DNA of 64,000 bases, taken from the NCBI GenBank assembly GCA_964605735.1, contig CAZSDS010000001.1, forward strand, positions 70,771-134,770, in the 5' to 3' direction. Positions within the stretch are counted from its first letter, which is position 1. The number at the start of each line of letters is the position of its first letter. This document shows, piece after piece, positions 17,524 through 27,485 of this stretch. Source of the DNA: an uncultured Candidatus Saccharibacteria bacterium. GTDB taxonomy: Bacteria > Patescibacteriota > Doudnabacteria > UBA920 > O2-02-FULL-48-8. The position numbers and the translations under genes are program-made. The notes beneath the pieces were generated by a model that was given only the letters and a program-made list of their open reading frames with translations, had not been told where the DNA came from and did not search any database.

Positions 17524-18816
17524 ATGAAAAATTTGGCCGCGAAAATATTAGGGTTGCTGACCAGACTGGTTCTGATGAAGTTCAAACCAGTGATTGTCGG
17601 CATTACTGGAAGCGTTGGCAAAACCTCGGCCAAAGAGGCTATTGCCTGTGTTTTGCGCAGCCGTTTTTCCGTCCGCGCCAACAGCGGAAACTTTAACAAT
17701 GAATTTGGTTTGCCCTTTACTGTTTTGGACCAAAAATTTCCGGGCAAAAATCCTTTTGCCTGGATATGGTTGATCATAAAATCTTTGTTGGTTCTGGCTG
17801 GCGGGAATTACCCGCAGGTTTTGATTTTGGAAATGGGAGCGGACCGGCCGGGGGACATTCAATATTTGCTGAAACTGACCGGACTGATTGATTATGCAGT
17901 CGTCACGGACATAGGGATCAGTCATATGCAAAATTATCCAAGCCGGGAAGCGCTGATTAGGGAAAAACTGTCACTGATTAAAGGACTGAAAGAGCACGGC
18001 ACCGCCGTTTTGAATTTCGACAACGGGCATATTGCAAAATTCGTAAAAGAAAAATTCACTGGTTCTGCGGCTGGCCGAACCGTGGGTAAGTACCTGACTT
18101 ATGGTTTGGATCAGGAAGCTTTGGTGGCTGCTTCTGAGATTCAGCTTTCGCACAGGAACGGCAGTGACGGCATTTCCTTCAAGGTCAAATACTCAGGCAC
18201 TGTCGTCCCGGTGATGCTTCCAGATGCTTTGGGGAGCTCAAATGTTTACGCGGCCCTGGCCGCGGCTTCGGTGGGTTTGGGCATGGGGATGAACCTGGTT
18301 GAGGTTTCAGAGGCCCTAATGAATTATGTTCCACCGGCTGGCAGACTCAGGATGATTGCCGGAATAAAACACACCAAAATAATTGACGATACTTATAACG
18401 CGGCGCCAGCTTCAACAAACCTGGCTTTGGACGTACTCTCACAAATGGCAACTGGCCGGAAAGTGGCGGCCATAGGCGGTATGGCAGAGTTGGGTAGCCA
18501 AAACGAAGCTGGGCATAAAGAGGTTGCCGCTAAAATTCAGGAAGTTGGAGTTGGCTTGGTGTTCCTTGTGGGAGACAACGCAAAAATTATCCGGGATGAA
18601 TTGGAGCGCCGACATTTTAACGGCAAAGTGAAGTGGTTTGAAAGTTCAGAAAATGCGCGCATTCCGATTCAAAACGAAATCATGGAAGGAGACACGATCT
18701 TAGTTAAAGGCTCGCAATCCGCGCGCATGGAGAAAATCGTAAGAGAGATTATGGCTGAACCGCACCTGGCAGAAAAGCTGATCGTCAGACAATCAGCGCA
18801 TTGGGAAAATATCTGA
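17524..18816 (+). CDS. murF: UDP-MurNAc-tripeptide D-Ala-D-Ala ligase
   Basis: GITGSVGKTSAKE, NFNNEFGLP, LEMG, DDTYNA, VKGSQ. Confidence 0.92.
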   Translation: MKNLAAKILGLLTRLVLMKFKPVIVGITGSVGKTSAKEAIACVLRSRFSVRANSGNFNNEFGLPFTVLDQKFPGKNPFAWIWLIIKSLLVLAGGNYPQVLILEMGADRPGDIQYLLKLTGLIDYAVVTDIGISHMQNYPSREALIREKLSLIKGLKEHGTAVLNFDNGHIAKFVKEKFTGSAAGRTVGKYLTYGLDQEALVAASEIQLSHRNGSDGISFKVKYSGTVVPVMLPDALGSSNVYAALAAASVGLGMGMNLVEVSEALMNYVPPAGRLRMIAGIKHTKIIDDTYNAAPASTNLALDVLSQMATGRKVAAIGGMAELGSQNEAGHKEVAAKIQEVGVGLVFLVGDNAKIIRDELERRHFNGKVKWFESSENARIPIQNEIMEGDTILVKGSQSARMEKIVREIMAEPHLAEKLIVRQSAHWENI

Positions 18817-18912
18817 TTTTACGGGCAAATCAGGCACAAATTTACTGTAACAAAAGCCCCTGCTTTTCGATTAATACACTGAAACCCCAATAAATGGGGA
18901 TAAGGAATTATT

Positions 18913-19554
18913 ATGAAGAAATCAGTGGCTTTTTTGTCTTTGTTCGTTTTATTGGCTAGTGCCAACCTGGCGCAGGCTGACCAGGGCAGGGGCGAAAATA
19001 ACGTTCGCGCAAATATTATGGCTAAAACAAAAATAGGCGGTCGGCATGCTCCTAAAGTTAGAGTGCTTGAGCAGAGTCAGTTTATCGTCATGGGTACTGT
19101 GAAATCAGTATCCGGATCGCAGTTTGTTATCACGCTTAAGCCTGTTCACCGCAGATTTGGCAACCTGGAAGGTGATTTGACCATCAAAACCACTGCTGAG
19201 ACAAAAATCAGCATGATCGGCGATGCTACAATGATGACTGAATTTAGCCCAGGCGCGCTTGTCATCGTGAAGGGTGAAAGAAGTGGCTCTGAGTTTGTTG
19301 CTGATTGGGTTCAGGTTAAAGGTGAAAGGAAGCGAATTGCCGGCGAGGTCACAGCCAAAACCGATGACTCTGTGACCATTAAGAACAACGTGACGGGTGT
19401 GGTTACTACCGTAGCCATCGACGACAACACGAAAGTTTCCGTCAATGGAGAAGCCAAGACCTTCGCAGATGTCCAGGTGGGCGATAAAGGATTTGTAAAG
19501 ATCAAGGCTGTCTTGGGTTCTGTTGTGGCCAAGTTTATGACTCTGTTTAGATAA
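18913..19554 (+). CDS. Secreted DUF5666-like OB-fold repeat protein
   Basis: Signal peptide; G.V......T...T.I....L.VGD repeats. Confidence 0.65.
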   Translation: MKKSVAFLSLFVLLASANLAQADQGRGENNVRANIMAKTKIGGRHAPKVRVLEQSQFIVMGTVKSVSGSQFVITLKPVHRRFGNLEGDLTIKTTAETKISMIGDATMMTEFSPGALVIVKGERSGSEFVADWVQVKGERKRIAGEVTAKTDDSVTIKNNVTGVVTTVAIDDNTKVSVNGEAKTFADVQVGDKGFVKIKAVLGSVVAKFMTLFR

Positions 19555-19603
19555 GGTTGTAAATTTTCAAAAGCTTTTTGAACGAAAAAAAACCGCATGA
19601 GCT

Positions 19604-20401
19604 TCAGGCGGTTTTTTTCTTTTGTTTGGCCAGAGCCAACGCTCCGTATAAGCCGCTTAACTGTCCAAGCGTGCCTTTTATTATTTTTGGGCTTGGCAGT
19701 GGGCCTAGTTTTTTCTCAAGGAAGGTTTGGAGACGGGAGGAGGAAATGTTTTTGTTGCCGGATATTGCCCCGCCAATGACGATAATTTCTGGTGACCAGT
19801 AAACAGCAGTGTTGGTGAGCGCAACTCCCATCCAGTTTTCTATTTCACTCCAGACTTTTTTAGCCTTGATGCGTTCAGGGTTTTTTCCGTAACGATCTAG
19901 TATGCCTCTGCCCGAGGCAAATTCACCTATGCGGGGACTGGTTTTTTTCTTTGGGTCGTATTGTGCCAGCTGGTGGTCAGGCTCAAAGCCGAAACTGTTT
20001 GCGTCAATTTTTTGGTTCACGATTCGCGCACCACCAAAACCTGTGCTGAAAGTCAGGTAGCCGACAATTTCGTGGCCCTTGCCCGCCCCATAAACAGCTT
20101 CGCCCAGGGCTGAGAGTTCTGCGTCATTAACCAGGGAAACTTTTGTCTTGGCGATCTTTTCCAGAATTTTCTGGGTGGGGTTGGAATACCAGAAATTTGG
20201 TTTTCCTCTGTTGAATCTTGGCACGCCACCAACTATTTTTTTGATTTTTTTAGAGTTCATCCCGGCAGTTGCTTTCTTAAACAGCTCTGTGGCTGAATCG
20301 AAATCTTTGGGAGTGGGGAAGATTCTGACATGTTCCAGCTTTTTGCCGTCTGAGGTGGCAAACCGCATGTTAGTCGCGCCAATGTCGAATAATAGGTACA
20401 T
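19604..20401 (-). CDS. ROK family sugar kinase
   Basis: FDIGAT, NDAELSALGE, STGFGG, IVIGG. Confidence 0.88.
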   Translation of the reverse strand: MYLLFDIGATNMRFATSDGKKLEHVRIFPTPKDFDSATELFKKATAGMNSKKIKKIVGGVPRFNRGKPNFWYSNPTQKILEKIAKTKVSLVNDAELSALGEAVYGAGKGHEIVGYLTFSTGFGGARIVNQKIDANSFGFEPDHQLAQYDPKKKTSPRIGEFASGRGILDRYGKNPERIKAKKVWSEIENWMGVALTNTAVYWSPEIIVIGGAISGNKNISSSRLQTFLEKKLGPLPSPKIIKGTLGQLSGLYGALALAKQKKKTA

Positions 20402-20554
20402 TTTGTCTCTGTTAGTTTATGTTAGCGTTTTAATTATAACAAAAAAGCAGGGCATGTGCCTGGTTTTTTGTGCGCGGAGACGCAATTGAAAAGTTTGGCA
20501 AAAAAGAGTATAATGAATTGCAGTTTTGGAAAGAAAAATTTACGCGATTGACAT

Positions 20555-20629
20555 GGCCCTATCGTCTAACGGTTAGGACGCACGGTTCTCATCCGTGTAA
20601 TGGGGGTTCGATTCCCCCTGGGGCTGCCA
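20555..20629 (+). tRNA. tRNA-Glu (anticodon CTC)
   Basis: Cloverleaf: GGCCCTA/TGGGGCT acceptor, CACGG-TTCTCAT-CCGTG anticodon arm, GGGGG-TTCGATT-CCCCC T-arm, encoded CCA. Confidence 0.96.
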
Positions 20630-20710
20630 AGAAAAAACTTCACCAACAGGTGGAGTTTTTTCTTTGTATTGAATATAGCTTGTGTCAGACTTTTTTGCTA
20701 AACTGTATTT

Positions 20711-21175
20711 ATGAAAAAGAAGCCTATTCAAGAGGTTTTGCCTCCCGGTCAGATCAAAGCCAAGGCAATGTGCTTAATAATCCATGACGGAAAATTGCTT
20801 GCCACCAAGGGTCGAGATAGCGCAGCAGGCGAAAACTTTTATCGTGTTTTGGGTGGCGGAATTGAGTTTGGCGAAACATCTGAGCAGGCAGTCAGGCGAG
20901 AGATAAAGGAAGAACTCAAGTCAGGGATAGTAAATCTGGAAAGAATTGATGTGATCGAAAATATTTTTTCATACGAAGGTAAGCCAGGGCATCAAATTAT
21001 TTTTCTGTTTAAAGGCGAGTTGGATAGAGAAGATTTGCTTCATGTAAATAACATAAGAATTGAAGAAAATATTTATGAGCAGGAAGCAGCTTGGGTTAAT
21101 ATAAAAGACATCCTGGATGGAAAAGTAATTCTCTATCCAAAGTTCGATTATTCTAAAGCGTTGTCTAAAAGTTAA
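20711..21175 (+). CDS. NUDIX hydrolase
   Basis: GGGIEFGETSEQAVRREIKEEL Nudix box. Confidence 0.93.
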   Translation: MKKKPIQEVLPPGQIKAKAMCLIIHDGKLLATKGRDSAAGENFYRVLGGGIEFGETSEQAVRREIKEELKSGIVNLERIDVIENIFSYEGKPGHQIIFLFKGELDREDLLHVNNIRIEENIYEQEAAWVNIKDILDGKVILYPKFDYSKALSKS

Positions 21176-21210
21176 AGATCGGAGCTAAATAAAAAAGTAA
21201 ATCTTTCGAT

Positions 21211-21516
21211 TCACTTGTGAGTTTTTGGTGGGTCGCTGAGGTCTTGCTCCCAGCCACCGAGTGTCTGGAACAGCTTGTATACGGCTTCCACGAGCTTAGG
21301 ATTTCTGCTGGAGGCGCCACCGCGGGTGCAGATCCGTACGCCAGTGGTGAAGGCCGAGCCTTCCGGAACAGAACCAATGTAATAGTCACCATTGGGTGCG
21401 TGCATTATCACCAGCTCAAACCGGTCGCGTTCATCGCGATCATCTGTGAGGTAGCGTCTTTCGACGTAATTGCTCAAATTACCTCCTTTTCTTGCCGAGA
21501 TTATAACATGCGACAA
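21211..21516 (-). CDS. Hypothetical protein (GC-rich orphan); start uncertain
   Basis: 101-aa ORF filling the gap between the NUDIX and GH1 genes. Confidence 0.5.
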   Translation of the reverse strand: MSHVIISARKGGNLSNYVERRYLTDDRDERDRFELVIMHAPNGDYYIGSVPEGSAFTTGVRICTRGGASSRNPKLVEAVYKLFQTLGGWEQDLSDPPKTHK

Positions 21517-21544
21517 AAAGTTGGCAAAAAGCTATAATACTTAT

Positions 21545-22735
21545 ATGGCAGAACCGCATATTGAAACAGAAAACAAAATCCAATTACCGCCGAATTTTCT
21601 GCTCGGGGCAGCCACGTCCGCGCACCAGACAGAAGGCAACAACATGAACAGTGATTGGTGGGCCGCGGAAAAGGCAGGCAAGGTCCCGCCGTCAGGCACA
21701 GCCTGCGACAGCTATAACCGATACGAGGAAGATTTCCAAATTGCCAAAAACATTGGACTGAACTCGTTCCGCATTTCAATCGAATGGGCGAGGATTGAGC
21801 CTGTTGAGAACACGTGGGACCGGATTGCTATTGAGCACTACAGAAAAGTTTTGAAGAAAATGAAGCAGCTGGGCTTAACCAGAATGGTGACTCTACACCA
21901 TTTCACGCTCCCGCAGTGGCTGGCGGAGAAAGGCGGTTTCGAAACCAAAGCCGGCATTGGCGGATTCGCCAGATTCGCCTGGTTTGTGGCGCAGAATTTA
22001 GGCGATGAAATTGATATTTGGTGTACCATCAATGAGCCGGAAGTTTACACCAGCCAAGGCTATGCCACCAAAAAATGGCCTCCCTTCAAAAACAATCCAT
22101 TTATGGCCGTTAAGGTTTATCGCAACCTGACTAAAGCGCACATTGCTGCATTTGATGCAATAAAAGGAGTTCTGCCAAACGCACAGGTTGGGATCGTTAA
22201 AAATAACGTTTATTACGAACCTGCTGGTGGCGCCTTAAGCAAATTGGTTTGCAAAACCGCTGATTACTTTGGCAACAAATGGTTTTTGAACCGAATCCAA
22301 AAACATACTGATTTCATAGGGCTGAATTTTTACCAAACCAGGATTTTGGATTTTGGCTGGCGCGGCGTTAAAGTTCTGAATAATCCAGCAAGACCAAAAT
22401 CAGACATGGGTTGGGCGACTTACCCTGCAGGTATTTACCATGTCTTAAACGATTTGAAAAAATACAACAAGCCTGTTTACGTTACGGAGAACGGAATAGC
22501 CAACGCGCGAGACGACATGCGCCAGGAATACATCCGTCAGCATTTGCAGTGGGCGCTGAAAGCGCAGAAAGAAGGTTTGGACCTGCGTGGGTATTTCTAT
22601 TGGTCTTTGATTGACAACTACGAGTGGGCTGATGGGTACGGCCCTAAATTTGGCCTGGTTGAAGTGAATTTCGAAACTCAGGAGCGCAAGGTTCGTGCAA
22701 GCGCCGAGGTGTTTAAGGACATAGTCTATGGCTAG
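21545..22735 (+). CDS. Glycoside hydrolase family 1 (beta-glucosidase)
   Basis: GAATSAHQTEG, TINEP acid/base, VTENG nucleophile, DNYEW. Confidence 0.95.
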   Translation: MAEPHIETENKIQLPPNFLLGAATSAHQTEGNNMNSDWWAAEKAGKVPPSGTACDSYNRYEEDFQIAKNIGLNSFRISIEWARIEPVENTWDRIAIEHYRKVLKKMKQLGLTRMVTLHHFTLPQWLAEKGGFETKAGIGGFARFAWFVAQNLGDEIDIWCTINEPEVYTSQGYATKKWPPFKNNPFMAVKVYRNLTKAHIAAFDAIKGVLPNAQVGIVKNNVYYEPAGGALSKLVCKTADYFGNKWFLNRIQKHTDFIGLNFYQTRILDFGWRGVKVLNNPARPKSDMGWATYPAGIYHVLNDLKKYNKPVYVTENGIANARDDMRQEYIRQHLQWALKAQKEGLDLRGYFYWSLIDNYEWADGYGPKFGLVEVNFETQERKVRASAEVFKDIVYG

Positions 22736-23621
22736 CTATATCATATACGCATTGCTGGCTTATCTTTTGCTGGCAGTCCACGGCGTTCTGGATAAGTTTC
22801 TGCTTAATAAGGCAATCCGCCATCCGGTTGCTTATACTTTTTATTCAGGCACGACAACCATTTTTGTCCTTGCTCTGGTGCCTTTTGGCATGCAAATTCT
22901 CTCGTTTGAAAATCTGATGATTGCGTTTGCCGCAGGCGGTTCATTTTTGTTTGCAACTTATTATCTTTACACGGCCATCCAGGAGAGCTCTGTTTCAAGG
23001 ATTTTGCCCATTCAAGGCGGTTTAGTTCCAATCTTTACGTATATCTTTGCTCATTTTCTGCTTGGCGACACCCTTACGGGAGTGCAGACATTCGGTTTTT
23101 TCCTGCTTATTTTTGGCTCTGCGATGATAGCAGTAAAGAAAGAAAGTGGCGGCTGGAGTGCTCCTGCACTGAAAGACGCCACCATTGCCGCAGCCTTGTT
23201 TGCCCTTTCACTAGTTTTAAGTAAATATATTTTTGATGCCAGCAATCTGGTGACTGGATTGGTCTGGAGCCGCATAGGAATGTTTATCATTGCAATGAGT
23301 TTTCTTCTGGTTAAACCGGTCCGCAAGAAAATACTCGTCACCCCAAAACTCGCAGGAAAAAATAACGCAATTCTTTTTTATTCCGTCAGGGTCATGGGAG
23401 CAGGAGCCGGCCTGTTGCAAAATTATGCAATATCAATTGGGAGCGTCATCATTGTTAACGCCCTGCAAGGATTCCAGTTTGTCTTTCTTCTGGCGATGAC
23501 TGGTTTGATCTCAATGTACTATCCTAAAATTCTTAGGGAGCGAGTGACCACCCCTATTATCCTGACTAAAATTGCGGCAATCATAATTATCACAACTGGC
23601 CTGGTGCTGGTGACAATATAA
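22728..23621 (+). CDS. EamA/DMT family transporter
   Basis: About 10 TM helices in two repeats; overlaps the GH1 stop. Confidence 0.8.
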   Translation: MASYIIYALLAYLLLAVHGVLDKFLLNKAIRHPVAYTFYSGTTTIFVLALVPFGMQILSFENLMIAFAAGGSFLFATYYLYTAIQESSVSRILPIQGGLVPIFTYIFAHFLLGDTLTGVQTFGFFLLIFGSAMIAVKKESGGWSAPALKDATIAAALFALSLVLSKYIFDASNLVTGLVWSRIGMFIIAMSFLLVKPVRKKILVTPKLAGKNNAILFYSVRVMGAGAGLLQNYAISIGSVIIVNALQGFQFVFLLAMTGLISMYYPKILRERVTTPIILTKIAAIIIITTGLVLVTI

Positions 23622-23624
23622 GAC

Positions 23625-24632
23625 ATGAAAAAAATTTTGGTTGTTATTCTCGGTGTAATTATTCTGTTGATCGCTGGCGTTTACTGGTATTTTGCGTCAA
23701 TACATAGGCCTGCGGAAAAGTTTGAGTGGGGACTGACGTTTTCCCACTCGCACATGCAATACTTGGGATTTGACTGGAAGCAGGCGTATTTGGATATCCT
23801 CAATGACCTTAAACCCAAGAAAATCAGGATTATGGCGTACTGGCAGGATGTAGAGCCTGAACCGGAAAAGTACGATTTTCAGATTGCTGCAGAAATGCTG
23901 GAAGAGGCTGGAAAAAGAAACGTGGACGTGATTCTGGTGGTGGGGCACAAACAGCCACGATGGCCGGAATGCCATCATCCAGACTGGTATGAACAGCTGA
24001 GCAAACAGGAGCGTGATGCAGCCCAGCTGCGCTATATAAAAAACGCGGTTGAATACTACAAACAGTTTGATGCAATTAAAATCTGGCAGCTGGAAAATGA
24101 AGCCTTGTTCAGTTTTGGCGAAAACTGTCCGCCTACTGAGCAGGACTTGATCAGAAAACAAATGGAAATAATTCGGTCTTTGGACAGCCGCCCGATATTG
24201 ATGACAGATAGCGGTGAATTGGGACGCTGGTTGCCGACTGCCAAGCTGGGACCGGATATTTTTGGGACAACCATGTACCGCGTGGTTCATAACCCCAAAA
24301 CCGGCTACTTTAAATATCCTTTGCCGCCGTCATTTTTCCATTTCAAAGCAGGCTTAGTAAAAAAATTCTCCAATGTTGAGAAAATTATCGGGGTCGAATT
24401 GCAGGCTGAGCCATGGTTCACCAACGGCGCTGATGGTCCTGCAACAACTGATTTGAAAACCCAGTTTGCCTTGATGAACCCAAAAATGTTCAGAGAATAC
24501 ATTGGTTACGCCAAGAGAGCCGGTTTTTCCGAAAATTATCTGTGGGGTGTGGAGTGGTGGTATTGGCTGGCCAAGGAAAAAAATGACTGGGGCATGTGGG
24601 AGGAGGCTAGAAAACTTTTTGCGGAAAAATAG
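23625..24632 (+). CDS. Membrane-anchored clan-A glycoside hydrolase (GH42/GH5-like)
   Basis: N-terminal anchor; W..VEP...YDF, WQLENE, ELQAEPW, LWGVEWW. Confidence 0.75.
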   Translation: MKKILVVILGVIILLIAGVYWYFASIHRPAEKFEWGLTFSHSHMQYLGFDWKQAYLDILNDLKPKKIRIMAYWQDVEPEPEKYDFQIAAEMLEEAGKRNVDVILVVGHKQPRWPECHHPDWYEQLSKQERDAAQLRYIKNAVEYYKQFDAIKIWQLENEALFSFGENCPPTEQDLIRKQMEIIRSLDSRPILMTDSGELGRWLPTAKLGPDIFGTTMYRVVHNPKTGYFKYPLPPSFFHFKAGLVKKFSNVEKIIGVELQAEPWFTNGADGPATTDLKTQFALMNPKMFREYIGYAKRAGFSENYLWGVEWWYWLAKEKNDWGMWEEARKLFAEK

Positions 24633-24759
24633 CTGTTGATAACGTAAGTACCTTTCACTTTTAAGTTGCTGTAACGGAAGCATTAACCTATGATCGATTT
24701 GTAGATAAAGCCAGATCATAAGATCTGCATACATAAGTTAGTTTAACTGAGCAGGCCGT

Positions 24760-24782
24760 TTTTTGTGCAAATTGCACAAAAA
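24760..24782. promoter_or_regulatory. Palindromic operator, likely for the CdaR/PucR-family regulator
   Basis: tttttgtgcaa-a-ttgcacaaaaa (TTGTGC-N5-GCACAA). Confidence 0.65.
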
Positions 24783-24874
24783 ATTGCCTGTTTTTGGCGT
24801 TTGCCGCTTGATTTTCTTTATTTTCATTGTATATTTTAAACATAAGCATTATTACATAAAAAAGGAGTTGATCC

Positions 24875-26101
24875 ATGGAATTAACCGAGTTAATTGCGGA
24901 AAATATCGTTAATAAATTATCTGCATTGCTTAAAAAGAAGATTACTGTGGGGAACACGAGGGGCGATGTGCTAGCCAGCTCTGACCTTGCGGAAACAGGA
25001 AAGAATTACGAACAGTTGAAAGAATCGGTTGATAAGATGGAAGAGTTGGAAGTAAAAGGACCTGCGGCAAAAACAGTTCTGGGAGATGGGTTAGTGGTCC
25101 CAATAAGCTACAATGGCGATCCAGTAGGCGCGGTGTTCATTGAAGACAAACCCGAAGAGTATAATCACTATCGCCACATATTGTCCACCACAATAGACTT
25201 GCTGATAAACCAGAATATGGTAATCGACAACTTCCCTTACAAGGATAAAATAAAAGATAACTTTGTTTTCGGATTGCTGCACAGAAGGTTGTCGGTGGAG
25301 GACACAAAAGTCCGGGAGGAAGCTGAACTGTTTGACATTAATCTGAGCCGTGATAAGGTTGTGGTCATAATCAACGTTGATGGTTTTTGGGAAAGCAACT
25401 TTGGATCAAACCTGACTGCTTCAGAAGACGAAAAGCAGACCATGCTCTCCGCCTACAAAAAGAAAATATTCCAGGTGTTCAGCCAATTCTTCGGCCGGTT
25501 GTCGGCATGTTCCGTCTCATATTTTGGTTCTGATACGTTTGTTGTCATGGTAGATGAGCTTTACAGCATGGACGGCAAAGAAATGGTTGAAATGATCAGA
25601 CAGCGCACTGACGAGTTCCACCAAATGATTGCTGAACAATTCGAGAAATATAAACGTTTGCTAATCGGCTTGGGGAGTTTCTATCGCGGAAGGGAAGGCG
25701 CTATTCTGGCTTATGAAGAAGCCCGCCGTGCCCTGAACCTGGCCATCAGCATTGGTGATGTCAGGAAAATCTACCACATTGACGACCTCGGCATGATCGC
25801 CACGCTCGCTGGAGGCAATAAAAAATGGCAGGACAATTTTGTTAAGCGCTTGCTCATGAAACTCATAGCAGAGGACTATTTGCTCGAAACCGTGGAAGTG
25901 TTCTTTGATAAAAACATGAGCTTGACCCAAACTTCAAAGGAGCTGAAAATTCACCGCAATACCTTGCTTTACAGGTTGGACAAGATTAAAAAAGTGACTG
26001 GTTTGGATCCGCGCAAGTTCAATGACGCAATGGAGTTGAAAGTTGCCCTTATTCTGAACAAGGTTTTGTACCTTGAAAAAACAATAGCAAAGCAGATTTA
26101 G
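24875..26101 (+). CDS. CdaR/PucR family transcriptional regulator
   Basis: N-terminal sugar-diacid recognition-like domain; C-terminal TSKELKIHRNTLLYRLDKIKKVTGLDPR HTH. Confidence 0.9.
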   Translation: MELTELIAENIVNKLSALLKKKITVGNTRGDVLASSDLAETGKNYEQLKESVDKMEELEVKGPAAKTVLGDGLVVPISYNGDPVGAVFIEDKPEEYNHYRHILSTTIDLLINQNMVIDNFPYKDKIKDNFVFGLLHRRLSVEDTKVREEAELFDINLSRDKVVVIINVDGFWESNFGSNLTASEDEKQTMLSAYKKKIFQVFSQFFGRLSACSVSYFGSDTFVVMVDELYSMDGKEMVEMIRQRTDEFHQMIAEQFEKYKRLLIGLGSFYRGREGAILAYEEARRALNLAISIGDVRKIYHIDDLGMIATLAGGNKKWQDNFVKRLLMKLIAEDYLLETVEVFFDKNMSLTQTSKELKIHRNTLLYRLDKIKKVTGLDPRKFNDAMELKVALILNKVLYLEKTIAKQI

Positions 26102-26209
26102 CGGTTTGTCCATAAAAAAGGCCAGCTATCCGCTATTTCTGGTCAAATTGTCCCATTACCCCCCGGCGGCTATGTAGTATGATTGAAGTGCTATTAATGC
26201 GGAGGTGTA

Positions 26210-26404
26210 ATGGCATTCAAATTTACCGAAATTCCAAAAAGAGCATGGCATTTCTTACGGCGCCCTTTCGGCCCCAGAAATGACATTTTAAGAGAGGGTT
26301 TGGAAGCGGATAACGAGAAAACAACCAGCTATTCTCTTAATTCCGTGGTAAACGACATTAAGAGAAATTGGGTGGATATTAAAAAGTTAAACAAAAAACT
26401 CTAA
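26210..26404 (+). CDS. Small hypothetical protein
   Basis: GGAGGT SD; probable -10 (TATGAT) upstream. Confidence 0.6.
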   Translation: MAFKFTEIPKRAWHFLRRPFGPRNDILREGLEADNEKTTSYSLNSVVNDIKRNWVDIKKLNKKL

Positions 26405-26408
26405 ACAT

Positions 26409-26591
26409 ATGTCACTAAATCTATTGGTTGTCTATGAAATTGCTTACAAAGCATCAAAAGTAACAAGCAAAAAAGCCTACAAAGAGTTTGAGAAATGGGT
26501 TGCCGGTGTTTTGGCGACTTACAGGGACGCCGCAATCGAGCGCGCGGCAAAGGTTCATTTGTTTAGATTAAAGGACCAGTTCGCGACTTAA
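26409..26591 (+). CDS. Small hypothetical protein
   Basis: Begins 4 nt after the previous stop; hairpin terminator follows. Confidence 0.55.
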   Translation: MSLNLLVVYEIAYKASKVTSKKAYKEFEKWVAGVLATYRDAAIERAAKVHLFRLKDQFAT

Positions 26592-26736
26592 GGATATAAA
26601 AACAAAAAAGCGGCAAGCGCAGAGTTTGCCTTGCTGCTTTTAAATTGTTTGGGCTTGAGGCTTGTGGGGTGCTATCGTAATAGATGGCAGCTTACAGTTC
26701 TTGAGACGAACCCACAGGAGGATTGGAGAGTACGTT

Positions 26737-27441
26737 GTGGAGCAGCTGATGGCTACCGACAGTCGCGGCAACATTATGGATGAACCTGCGATCATCCGGA
26801 GGTGTGACCGACTTATAGCAAAAATGTGTGTGGAGTTCCGGGATGTCTGTGTATATGAAGGAAGGAGGCCTTGGGTAATAATCCAGGACGACCACCCTAA
26901 GCGGGTGGCAAAGTACGCAGTGCGGCTTGGCTTCAAAGCAGGTCTTTCTGATCAGGAACTTCTGCGGCTCGCCGTGGCCGCACCCCTGCATGATGCCGGG
27001 AAGGGCCACGAGGAGGTTTCAGGAGTGCATGCCTGGTGGGAAGATAAAAAATTTCCCAAGGGCTACCGTGAAATGTTCAGGGCATTCCATTCCAAGCACG
27101 GGCCTGAGGTGATAGACCATCTCATTGAGAAAAAAGGCGCTGAACTGCCGATTCAATTCGATTCGGTCCTATGCAAGGAGCTCTGCATCCACCATCATGC
27201 AGAGCTTGACCCTGAACACTGCAACCGGCGCATTGAAGTTAGGATCCTGGCGATCTCTGACACTTTCGATGGTCGCATGAGCAAAGGTGAAGCCCAACGT
27301 TCGTATCGCACCCAGGAATACACCATCGAAAAAGCAACCGAAGAAATTTGGATCATGGCCTGCCAAGGCATCCTCGACAAAGCGCTCACCAGACTCTTCA
27401 TTACCGAGTGTCTGATCCTGGAAATGCCCCTAGTCCAGTAG
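26737..27441 (+). CDS. HD-domain (HD-GYP-like) phosphohydrolase
   Basis: H..RV, LHDAGK, HH, ILAISDTFD..RSYR; lacks GYP; start uncertain (GTG 26737 after GGAGAG). Confidence 0.8.
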   Translation: MEQLMATDSRGNIMDEPAIIRRCDRLIAKMCVEFRDVCVYEGRRPWVIIQDDHPKRVAKYAVRLGFKAGLSDQELLRLAVAAPLHDAGKGHEEVSGVHAWWEDKKFPKGYREMFRAFHSKHGPEVIDHLIEKKGAELPIQFDSVLCKELCIHHHAELDPEHCNRRIEVRILAISDTFDGRMSKGEAQRSYRTQEYTIEKATEEIWIMACQGILDKALTRLFITECLILEMPLVQ

Positions 27442-27485
27442 CAATCACTTTTAAAAAACCCGCCGGACCATTCCGACGGGATTTT

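Noticed and set aside
20470-20787. 105-aa ORF
   Set aside because: Spans tRNA-Glu and overlaps the NUDIX gene; spurious
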